A DNA stretch of 64,000 nucleotides from a virus. Below are positions 1-6,821 of the stretch, one piece after another. The first letter of the stretch is position 1, and each line of letters opens with the position of its first letter. The notes under the pieces are model-generated. The model was not told the origin of the DNA, searched no databases, and saw only the letters and a program-made list of their open reading frames with translations. The DNA is taken from IMG/VR virus record IMGVR_UViG_3300032294_001984, positions 3,967-67,966 of that record; one strand, given 5' to 3'. The position numbers and the translations under genes are program-made.

Positions 1-2
1 TT

Positions 3-704
3 GATAGACAAAATTTAAAGGAAATATGTGATGAAATCGTTAGAGTTAATAAAACCAAACAAAAGAAAACTTATTTATTTTTCGACCAAATTTATTCTGA
101 TTTAGTTCCAAATGAATTATTCGCGCATCCATTAGATGTTTGTCCTGAAATCCGTGATTATTTAATTTGTGTTGATGGAATTTCAAAATCTTTATGTGCG
201 ACCGGTGTTAGAGTTGGATGGGTTTTTGGTCCGGAATTTGTCATAGGCAAAATGACCGAAATTTTTTCACATATTGGAGCTTGGTCCCCAAAACCTGAAC
301 AAAATGCGGTTGCAAAATATTTTAATGAATATGAATTGATTGGAGAATTTATTTCAAACAAAATAAACCAATATTCAGAAATCTCTGATAAAATTTGTTC
401 AAAATTGGATGAATTAAAAGAAAAAAATTATAAAATTGATTATCAAAAACCTGAAGGGGGGATTTATATATCAATCTACATTGAAGACTCCATACATTTT
501 GATAATGTTGAAGATTATACAAAATTTTTAATTGAATCTTGTGGTGTAGGGTTGGTTCCATTTGAATATTTTGGAACCAATAAAAACCGGGGATGGTTTA
601 GATTATCTATGGGAGGAATTGATTTAAACAATATTGAAGATATTAACATTGGTTTGGAAAAAATTTGTATTAATTCAAGATTAGAAGTGATGCAAACATC
701 ATAA
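3..704 (+). CDS. PLP-dependent aminotransferase class I/II (5' end outside the window)
   Basis: The frame is open from position 3, upstream of the listed ORF 252..704. It contains FFDQIY (DEIY-like), the PLP-lysine motif GISKSLCATGVRVGW and a C-terminal WFRLS. Confidence 0.85.
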   Translation, partial: DRQNLKEICDEIVRVNKTKQKKTYLFFDQIYSDLVPNELFAHPLDVCPEIRDYLICVDGISKSLCATGVRVGWVFGPEFVIGKMTEIFSHIGAWSPKPEQNAVAKYFNEYELIGEFISNKINQYSEISDKICSKLDELKEKNYKIDYQKPEGGIYISIYIEDSIHFDNVEDYTKFLIESCGVGLVPFEYFGTNKNRGWFRLSMGGIDLNNIEDINIGLEKICINSRLEVMQTS

Positions 705-716
705 TCTAAAAAAAAA

Positions 717-744
717 TTGACATTTCAGGAACTTTTTCTACTAT
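717..744 (+). promoter_or_regulatory. Candidate promoter upstream of the leader ORF
   Basis: TTGACA (717-722), 16-nt spacer, TACTAT (739-744). Confidence 0.4.
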
Positions 745-785
745 TGAGATAGTTATATATTAAACAACAAAAATTTTAAAAAAAA

Positions 786-896
786 ATGAAACCAATAAAC
801 AAAAATATGATTAGTAAACGTCAACCCCAGATTAGTATCTGTTGGTATCCGCGTATTACGCATAGTTCGGTTATTGGTGAATCCAATATAAGTTAA
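786..896 (+). CDS. Putative leader (attenuator) peptide of the tRNA array, MKPINKNMISKRQPQISICWYPRITHSSVIGESNIS
   Basis: ATG786 (or ATG807) follows an A-rich tract and the ORF ends at TAA894-896. Codons at 807-857 match the anticodons of the downstream tRNAs. A terminator follows. Confidence 0.7.
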   Translation: MKPINKNMISKRQPQISICWYPRITHSSVIGESNIS

Positions 897-924
897 GATT
901 AAATTAATTAGTAATAAAATCGAG

Positions 925-965
925 AACCCCGAACTTCTAAAAAAAGTTTGGGGTTTTTTGTTTTT
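925..965 (+). terminator. Intrinsic terminator/attenuator between the leader ORF and the tRNA array
   Basis: Stem AACCCCGAACTT (925-936) / AAGTTTGGGGTT (944-955), followed by TTTTGTTTTT. Confidence 0.85.
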
Positions 966-989
966 ATACCCTGATAAAAAAAAAAGTTG

Positions 990-997
990 TAATTTTG
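990..997 (+). promoter_or_regulatory. Bacteroidota-type -7 promoter element (TAnnTTTG)
   Basis: TAATTTTG lies 20 nt before the boxA-like site, the same layout as upstream of the tmRNA. Confidence 0.5.
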
Positions 998-1017
998 TAT
1001 CGTCAAATAAAAAACGA

Positions 1018-1032
1018 AATTGTTCTTTGAAA
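1018..1032 (+). promoter_or_regulatory. boxA-like antitermination element
   Basis: AATTGTTCTTTGAAA. An identical 15-mer precedes the tmRNA on the minus strand (6827-6841). It resembles rrn boxA. Confidence 0.65.
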
Positions 1033-1050
1033 TAATGTAACCATAAAAAC

Positions 1051-1125
1051 AGGGGTATAGTCTCGGGGTGAGACGCTTGCTTTGGGAGCAAGAGGCGGGG
1101 AATTCGACTTTCTCTACCCCTACCA
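1051..1125 (+). tRNA. tRNA-Pro(TGG)
   Basis: Acceptor stem AGGGGTA/TACCCCT, anticodon arm CTTGC-TTTGGGA-GCAAG, encoded CCA. Confidence 0.92.
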
Positions 1126-1128
1126 TAT

Positions 1129-1200
1129 TGTCACGTAATTCAGTGGTAGAATCCTTCCCTGATACGGAAGTCGTCAGAGGTTCGAATCCTCTCGTGACAA
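1129..1200 (+). tRNA. tRNA-Ile(GAT)
   Basis: Acceptor TGTCACG/CGTGACA, anticodon arm CTTCC-CTGATAC-GGAAG, T-loop TTCGAAT. Confidence 0.93.
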
Positions 1201-1207
1201 CAAAAAA

Positions 1208-1273
1208 ATCGTTACTCGGTCACGAGTGAAGGTGTGTAATGATATCAACACCGCAGGTTAAGCGATATCCTGC
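1208..1273 (+). ncRNA. Unidentified small structured RNA (three hairpins) inside the tRNA array
   Basis: Stems TTACTCG/CGAGTGA, GGTGT/ACACC and GCAGG/CCTGC. It is a GC-rich island with no acceptor stem. Confidence 0.5.
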
Positions 1274-1278
1274 AATTC

Positions 1279-1349
1279 TCCCTCGAAGCTTTAAGGTGAA
1301 GCACGATACTTTTAATATCGAGAAGTTGGGTCGGTACCATCCGGGGGAA
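1279..1349 (+). tRNA. tRNA-Lys(TTT) with an atypical T arm
   Basis: Acceptor TCCCTCG/CGGGGGA, anticodon arm CGATA-CTTTTAA-TATCG, non-canonical T-loop GTCGGTA. Confidence 0.8.
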
Positions 1350-1359
1350 CAAATTTTAT

Positions 1360-1431
1360 GTTTGGATGGCCGAGTGGTTTAGGTTCTCGTCTGCAAAATG
1401 AGATAGGTCGGTTCGATTCCGACTCCAAACT
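1360..1431 (+). tRNA. tRNA-Cys(GCA)
   Basis: Acceptor GTTTGGA/TCCAAAC, anticodon arm CTCGT-CTGCAAA-ATGAG, U73 discriminator. Confidence 0.93.
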
Positions 1432-1442
1432 CAAAAAAAAAT

Positions 1443-1513
1443 GTATCTTTGGTGTAACGGTAGCATAAACGGTTCCAACCCGTTTGGTCAGAGTTCGAAT
1501 CTTTGAGGATATG
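1443..1513 (+). tRNA. tRNA-Trp(CCA)
   Basis: Acceptor GTATCTT/AGGATAT, anticodon arm AACGG-TTCCAAC-CCGTT, G73. Confidence 0.85.
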
Positions 1514-1524
1514 CAAATTTAATT

Positions 1525-1610
1525 GGAAGTGTTGAGCAAATGGTGTGCTCGCCTGTCTGTAAAATAGGTCCCTTGCGGTAAACTTGTAGGTTCAAGTCCT
1601 ACCACTTCCA
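1525..1610 (+). tRNA. tRNA-Tyr(GTA)
   Basis: Acceptor GGAAGTG/CACTTCC, anticodon arm CCTGT-CTGTAAA-ATAGG, long variable arm. Confidence 0.92.
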
Positions 1611-1617
1611 CATTTAT

Positions 1618-1688
1618 TGTTGGGTCGTCTAACGGTAAGACATCTCCCTTTGAAGGAGATTACGGTGGTTCGAATCCACCCCCGACAA
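1618..1688 (+). tRNA. tRNA-Gln(TTG)
   Basis: Acceptor TGTTGGG/CCCGACA, anticodon arm TCTCC-CTTTGAA-GGAGA. Confidence 0.92.
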
Positions 1689-1701
1689 CTTTTTTAATTA
1701 T

Positions 1702-1775
1702 AATCCCTTAGCTTAATGGAATGGAGCACTTGAATACGAATCAAGAGGTTGTGGGTTCGAATCCTTCCAAAACCA
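1702..1775 (+). pseudogene. tRNA-Arg(ACG) with an unpaired acceptor stem (chimeric or pseudo-tRNA)
   Basis: The D arm and anticodon arm (CTTGA-ATACGAA-TCAAG) are intact, but 5' AATCCCT cannot pair with 3' CAAAACC. Confidence 0.7.
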
Positions 1776-1780
1776 CAAAT

Positions 1781-1852
1781 TGCGATGTAGTTCAGTGGTA
1801 GAACGCTTGACTCATATCCAAGAAGTCGAAGGTTCAATTCCTTCCATCGCAA
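1781..1852 (+). tRNA. tRNA-Met(CAT) (Met, fMet or Ile2 identity not resolved)
   Basis: Acceptor TGCGATG/CATCGCA, anticodon loop CTCATAT. Confidence 0.88.
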
Positions 1853-1934
1853 CAATTTTTTCACAAATGATGTCCTTTTGATTTGGAAATTAGTGAGATT
1901 TTTTTTATATTTGCAGTTAATCAATTTTTATAAT

Positions 1935-2255
1935 ATGTTACAAAAAAGAAAAAATTCGTTTAAACGAATTGTTAAAGAATACAAAGATGCAACCACAAGA
2001 GAAATTATAGAAGCAATAGTGGATAATGCCTTATATGGGTTCTTAGGTGCGGTCATAGTAGTTGCGATTGCGACCAAAATGGATGTTGCGGTATTAGGTG
2101 CGTATTTCATTTATTATTCTTATGTCGGTAAAATAATCAATCGTCCTAAGTATGTTACCGACCTTGGTAAAATCGTTATATTCCCAACATCATCAGCGTT
2201 AGGAGCCTTTACCGGTTACAAATTGAGTTATCACATATTGGAGTGGTTAAAATAA
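1935..2255 (+). CDS. Hypothetical membrane protein inside the tRNA array
   Basis: Part of ORF 1878..2255, with ATG1935 the preferred start after a TATATTTG element. Two or three hydrophobic segments. Confidence 0.7.
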   Translation: MLQKRKNSFKRIVKEYKDATTREIIEAIVDNALYGFLGAVIVVAIATKMDVAVLGAYFIYYSYVGKIINRPKYVTDLGKIVIFPTSSALGAFTGYKLSYHILEWLK

Positions 2256-2256
2256 T

Positions 2257-2340
2257 GGAAGGTTGTCAGAGCGGTAATGAGGCAGTTTGCTAAACTGTGG
2301 TCGAGGAATCGGCCCGTGGGTTCGAATCCCGCACCTTCCG
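2257..2340 (+). tRNA. tRNA-Ser(GCT)
   Basis: Acceptor GGAAGGT/ACCTTCC, anticodon arm GCAGT-TTGCTAA-ACTGT, long variable arm, G73. Confidence 0.93.
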
Positions 2341-2437
2341 CAAAAAATAAAGTTAAAATAGTTGACAACGTTAGTAATATGGTCTATATTTATAATCTCA
2401 AGAATAATAATTTATAAACAAAAAAAATTTAGTAAAA

Positions 2438-2602
2438 ATGAAAAAAATCTTAGCTTTAATCACAATCGTAACATTGGTTTCTTGTGGTAGTGGAACATCA
2501 ACTGAAATTAACTCTGAAGATACGACAATGGTTGTTGATTCAATTGCGTCTATTGACACAACTTCATTAGTTGTAGACACAACAATGACCGAAAGTAAAT
2601 AA
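2438..2602 (+). CDS. Small lipoprotein (54 aa), absent from the ORF track
   Basis: MKKILALITIVTLVSC signal peptide with lipobox, then a mature part GSGTSTEINSEDTTMVVDSIASIDTTSLVVDTTMTESK. Confidence 0.8.
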   Translation: MKKILALITIVTLVSCGSGTSTEINSEDTTMVVDSIASIDTTSLVVDTTMTESK

Positions 2603-2625
2603 TTAAAATAGAAGATGATTAAATT

Positions 2626-2654
2626 AAAAAATCCACCAATTGGTGGATTTTTTT
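2626..2654. terminator. Bidirectional intrinsic terminator
   Basis: AAAAAATCCACCA-AT-TGGTGGATTTTTTT between convergent genes. Confidence 0.8.
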
Positions 2655-2655
2655 G

Positions 2656-3792
2656 TTATAGTAAACCTTTAATTCTTTTTATATTTTCTTCTAATTTATC
2701 TTTTTTATTTACCTTAAATAAATTATCTTTCATTTTTATAAATTCCCTCGCTAATTCGTTATCATAACGAGAATAATCTTTAGAATCACTCTTATCGGGA
2801 TAAGTAGTTGTTTTACTATCAGTTTTAAAAAAAGAACTAAACCCTTTGTCTGAATCAGTTTTCTTATTTGAATTAATTTTTTGTTTATCTCCTTTTGAGT
2901 TAAGTAATGTTACTTTAACATCAGAATCAGGAGAGCCTATTACTTCACCTTTTTTTATTTTTTGACCAATCCTAAATCTTGACGACTCAACACCACAATA
3001 ATTAAGATATGACGTTTTACCTTCAGACTCAAATTTTATAGTTAATCCATTACAATCATTAAAATATTTACTAACAACTCCTGAAACAGGGCTTTTAATA
3101 TTTGAATTTTCTTTTTTTGGTATGAGTATATCACCGAACCTTAAACTTGTTTTTTTACCAAGTGATTCATAATCTAAAGATTCTGTGATACCCATCTTCG
3201 CAACCAATCCCTTAGCGACTTGGGCTAGAAATCCGTCATTTTTATCACTTACTGAATTAGTATTAGTGTTTGAGGATGTATTTGTTGTGTCAGTATCCTT
3301 TGATGGTGTTGAGGTTGTGTTTGAAATATGTACGTGATTAAAATGGTTTCCTCCTGTGTTTGTTTGCCATAAGACCGCTTTAGGATTACCTGACTCTGTG
3401 TTCCAAACATATCCCATTGAAACCAACGCATCTTTTAATTTATTACCAAGTTCTCTAAATTTGGCATTACCATTAGTACTGTTAGTTGCTCCATTTGAAC
3501 CAATTCCATTTATCCTTGCAACATCCACCGCATCACCTGTTTCGTGTCTAGTACCTTTATCATGACCACTCACTGCCGTTGTAATATTTACTTTAAGACC
3601 AGCTGATTTTGCGGCGCTCTGAACATCTTGTAATAGTGAAGTATTAATGTTATCGGAGGCAGGATTACCCTGACCGATATTTTCAAAATCAACATTATCA
3701 TACACATCCGATGCCTCATTAACATTCTTGTTCTCAAGAATGACATCATATAATGATAAGATTTCTTTAATTGTTTTATTTCGAGTATTCAT
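2656..3792 (-). CDS. Putative peptidoglycan peptidase (M15/LAS-type domain plus degenerate M23-like domain)
   Basis: Zinc-ligand pattern RHETGDAVD (H-x6-D) and HFNHVHIS (HxH). The C-terminal IKSPVSGVV...GQKIKKGEVIG resembles the M23 fold. Confidence 0.6.
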   Translation of the reverse strand: MNTRNKTIKEILSLYDVILENKNVNEASDVYDNVDFENIGQGNPASDNINTSLLQDVQSAAKSAGLKVNITTAVSGHDKGTRHETGDAVDVARINGIGSNGATNSTNGNAKFRELGNKLKDALVSMGYVWNTESGNPKAVLWQTNTGGNHFNHVHISNTTSTPSKDTDTTNTSSNTNTNSVSDKNDGFLAQVAKGLVAKMGITESLDYESLGKKTSLRFGDILIPKKENSNIKSPVSGVVSKYFNDCNGLTIKFESEGKTSYLNYCGVESSRFRIGQKIKKGEVIGSPDSDVKVTLLNSKGDKQKINSNKKTDSDKGFSSFFKTDSKTTTYPDKSDSKDYSRYDNELAREFIKMKDNLFKVNKKDKLEENIKRIKGLL

Positions 3793-3813
3793 ACTAATAA
3801 ATACTCGAAATTT

Positions 3814-3996
3814 CTAAAATTCTTCTTTAGGGATAAAAAACCACAATATTAAATATATTGTTGTAATAGGAACCGGAGTGAAGATTAACCCAAAAAATAT
3901 AAGTTTAATGATAGTTCCATCAATACCAATGTAATTACCGATTCCTTCACATACTCCACCAATTGTTGATGATATAGGTCTTTTTAGTTTTTTCAT
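3814..3996 (-). CDS. PspC-domain protein
   Basis: IGGVCEGIGNYIGID...YLILWFFIP is the PspC signature. Confidence 0.85.
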   Translation of the reverse strand: MKKLKRPISSTIGGVCEGIGNYIGIDGTIIKLIFFGLIFTPVPITTIYLILWFFIPKEEF

Positions 3997-3997
3997 A

Positions 3998-4213
3998 TTA
4001 TTTTCTTTTTAATGTTACAATTATAAATGTATCTTGTTGAGTTGCTACAACATATCTCCAACCTCTTTTAGTCATGTATTTTACATCACTATCAAATGTT
4101 TCTTCTGTTGTTTGTATATAAATTTCTTTACCTACCCCACAACTATACATTAACCCTAATAGTAGTAGTGTTTTAAATTTTAACAAACACTTGATTGTAA
4201 TATTATTCAACAT
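3998..4213 (-). CDS. Hypothetical protein (possible lipoprotein)
   Basis: Lipobox-like LLLLGLMYSC segment, in an operon with its neighbours. Confidence 0.5.
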   Translation of the reverse strand: MLNNITIKCLLKFKTLLLLGLMYSCGVGKEIYIQTTEETFDSDVKYMTKRGWRYVVATQQDTFIIVTLKRK

Positions 4214-4220
4214 TTTTATT

Positions 4221-4793
4221 TTAATTTAAAAATTTTAAAATTTTTTCTTTAATTCCTGATTGTTTAATACCTTGATTACTTTTCGGTGTAAGAACAAAGT
4301 TATCTAACCCCCAATCTTTGCAAGGTTCCCCATTTTTACCCATATCTAAATCATCAATTGCAACCCAATGAGTAATTTCGGGATGGTCGTGTAAATATTG
4401 TTTGATTTCAATTGTACGAGGTTGTTCTAAATCAAATTGGAATAACCAAGGAAACGTGTCACTATCATACCAAGTACATTGCCCTAAGTTTGGAGTAAAC
4501 GCAATAGGTTTTTTAATAATACCTTTTGATTCATAGTATTCGCCCATTTCTTCAAGAGTCGCCCAACGTTTCCAGTCGGAGGAAACCACGATTTCTGCGT
4601 CGGTTTCAATTAATATTTCATTCAAGATTTTAATTGATTTAGTGTCAAAGTTATCAAATCGGTATTGTAATGGTATATCTTGCATACTCATTGATGAGGT
4701 TTTGCCACCCCATTTAGCCTGTTTTTTAAACCGACTACCCCAATTATTAGATAAACAAATTACACCATCGTGGTCTAGCATCAACACTTTCAT
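4221..4793 (-). CDS. HAD-family phosphatase (Swiss-army-knife RNA-repair type)
   Basis: Motifs LDHDGV, IVVSSDW and WVAIDD. Confidence 0.8.
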   Translation of the reverse strand: MKVLMLDHDGVICLSNNWGSRFKKQAKWGGKTSSMSMQDIPLQYRFDNFDTKSIKILNEILIETDAEIVVSSDWKRWATLEEMGEYYESKGIIKKPIAFTPNLGQCTWYDSDTFPWLFQFDLEQPRTIEIKQYLHDHPEITHWVAIDDLDMGKNGEPCKDWGLDNFVLTPKSNQGIKQSGIKEKILKFLN

Positions 4794-4872
4794 CCTACAA
4801 ATATAGTAAAAAGATAACTAATATCCAAATAATTTTTGAAAAGATATTGACATTTTGTGGATTGTTCGATAG

Positions 4873-6381
4873 TTAAATCTCTTTTAATTTACCTGATTTA
4901 AACAATTCAAAATTAGGTCCTTTTTTCAAATAAAACTGATTACCTTTTTTATCGTAATCTAATATTCCTGCTAATCTTGCTGAGTTAAATAACCCGCTTA
5001 ATTGTCCTCTAAATGCTTGTGGTATTTGCCAATTATTTCGATTTGTATGAGAATAATATGGTTTTCCGTTAACGTCTTTTTTCTGTAGTGAACCAATATC
5101 AACTAAAAAATCTAATTTTGTTCCTTTTTTATTAGAATCTAAATAATCAACTAGTTTTTTAATTAATCCAGAATCTTTTCTTTTAAATGTAAATCCGTAA
5201 CTACTTCTATTTGGAGTCCATACCGCATTTCCACCGTAAATAGATGACATAAATTCACTATTTGATTTCATTCTATAAATAACTTGTTTTGTAATTGTCC
5301 AACAAAGTTCATTAAACATTGATTTAATGCGGAAAGGACTTGTATTTTTAATAAAAGAACTAAATACTGACATATGAGTTGATACGTTTTCAATACCGAA
5401 ATCAAACTCAGGTTCAATTTCAAAATCATCACCTGAATAACCAATATTAAAATTTATTTTGTTTCCAACATCGTAAGTAATCATAACCAAATATTGGTCT
5501 ATATTTTCTCCATCCACAGAAATGTTTAATTCCATTGTTGCATGACCTGGCATATCAGGAACAAGGTCCGGTTTTTGAAACTCAAGACCGATTTTATTTT
5601 TTGTTCCTTTAAATGCTGACGACACATCTTCAAATTTATAGTTATTAAAATCAAATAGTTTTTTGAAAAATGATTGTCCGCTTTCTTTAAGGTATTGTGA
5701 ATAGTCGTTTCTGATGGTATCAATCACTTTTGGTGCTCCCAAATTAAAAACCTCTTTTTCTCTTTCACTCATTCTTTCATCTGTTGCATCATACCAAATT
5801 TCAGAACTTGGTGTTATATGGACTGCAATTTTGTAAAATTTGTTATCCCTGTTAAAGTTTTTAAGAATGATGTAATATAGTGCTTGTTCTTGAGATGTAT
5901 GACTTTCAAAATATGATGGGTTACCTGCCGTGGTGGTACACCATCTGGTACCTGAACCATATTTGCAAGAAGCCTCATAAGTTAAAGGTCTAACAATTAA
6001 AAGGTTATTATCTTCAAATATTTTTTTTGCACCAGATGCATCAAACGACTTCCTTTGTTGAGATTTTGAAGTCTCTTTGTGAAGTTCAATTTCAAGTTTT
6101 AACCCATCTAAATCATATTTGTTAATATCTTTAACCTCTAATGATTGTTTGAATCTATCAAAATCTTTAACAAGGTCTACAATACCTTCAACTTCTTCAG
6201 GTGATGCGTTTGGATGTGTATATTTTAATACGAAATCCGTATATTTGAAATTGGTGTCTGCCAAATCAGAAATACTCAAAATAAAATCCAAAGTGTCAAG
6301 ATACTCCTTAAATTTTTCAGTGTATTTTTTTCGTAAATCTTCTTTTCGACCCTCTTGTAATAGGATTTGTAATAATTTCAT
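4873..6381 (-). CDS. Hypothetical large-phage protein
   Basis: 502-aa ORF with the segment ASCKYGSGTRWCTT, preceded by the TATTTAT motif. Confidence 0.75.
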   Translation of the reverse strand: MKLLQILLQEGRKEDLRKKYTEKFKEYLDTLDFILSISDLADTNFKYTDFVLKYTHPNASPEEVEGIVDLVKDFDRFKQSLEVKDINKYDLDGLKLEIELHKETSKSQQRKSFDASGAKKIFEDNNLLIVRPLTYEASCKYGSGTRWCTTTAGNPSYFESHTSQEQALYYIILKNFNRDNKFYKIAVHITPSSEIWYDATDERMSEREKEVFNLGAPKVIDTIRNDYSQYLKESGQSFFKKLFDFNNYKFEDVSSAFKGTKNKIGLEFQKPDLVPDMPGHATMELNISVDGENIDQYLVMITYDVGNKINFNIGYSGDDFEIEPEFDFGIENVSTHMSVFSSFIKNTSPFRIKSMFNELCWTITKQVIYRMKSNSEFMSSIYGGNAVWTPNRSSYGFTFKRKDSGLIKKLVDYLDSNKKGTKLDFLVDIGSLQKKDVNGKPYYSHTNRNNWQIPQAFRGQLSGLFNSARLAGILDYDKKGNQFYLKKGPNFELFKSGKLKEI

Positions 6382-6406
6382 ATCTTATAAATATTACAAT
6401 ATGAAT

Positions 6407-6435
6407 AAAAAAAAAGGTCTCATAAGAGACCCTTT
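6407..6435 (-). terminator. Terminator downstream of the tmRNA
   Basis: GGTCTC/GAGACC stem with an A-tract on the plus strand, i.e. a U-tract on the minus strand. Confidence 0.75.
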
Positions 6436-6438
6436 ATC

Positions 6439-6821
6439 TGGTGGAGGTAGAGGTTTCGAAACCTCGTGTTGCCCATTTTGACCGTAAGTGACTACACGTT
6501 TAGGACAATCTTTTCTAAGATTCCGAAATAGTCGGTTTGTTCTTCACCATCGTAAACCTAACAACCAATGGACGACTCAATTTAAGGTTTAGTCATTTTT
6601 TCACCCGTCAAGGACTTCTGTTCCTGGGTTAATGTCCTCCCGACCCGAATGTAGTAGAGACTAGGCTACTGCTACAAGCTCATCTTGTTTAACAAGACCT
6701 ACTAGAGCCATTTTGTTTAGAACGTTGCCGTCTGTTGTTTTGAACCAGTTGATAACGAAGTTAATTCAGCTTCGACGTGCCACCTACACCCAACAATGCC
6801 AGTCAATTCCATTTTACCCCC
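6439..6821 (-). ncRNA. ssrA: tmRNA (about 383 nt)
   Basis: The 5' end GGGGGTAAAATGGAATTGAC and 3' end TACCTCCACCA form an Ala-type acceptor stem with G3:U70. There is a T arm (GAGGT-TTCGAA-ACCTC) and an internal tag ORF (6729-6661) ending ...LVAVA-stop. Confidence 0.92.

Noticed and set aside
753-1126. Minus-strand ORFs 753..1091 and 908..1126
   Set aside because: They are antisense to the leader, terminator and tRNA-Pro, have low-complexity F/L/K composition and show no recognisable motif.
1443-1513. Reading this tRNA as Gly(TCC)
   Set aside because: The 7-nt loop TTCCAAC centres on CCA and the discriminator is G, which fits Trp.
1694-1924. Minus-strand 76-aa ORF
   Set aside because: It is the antisense reading of the tRNA-Arg and tRNA-Met genes.
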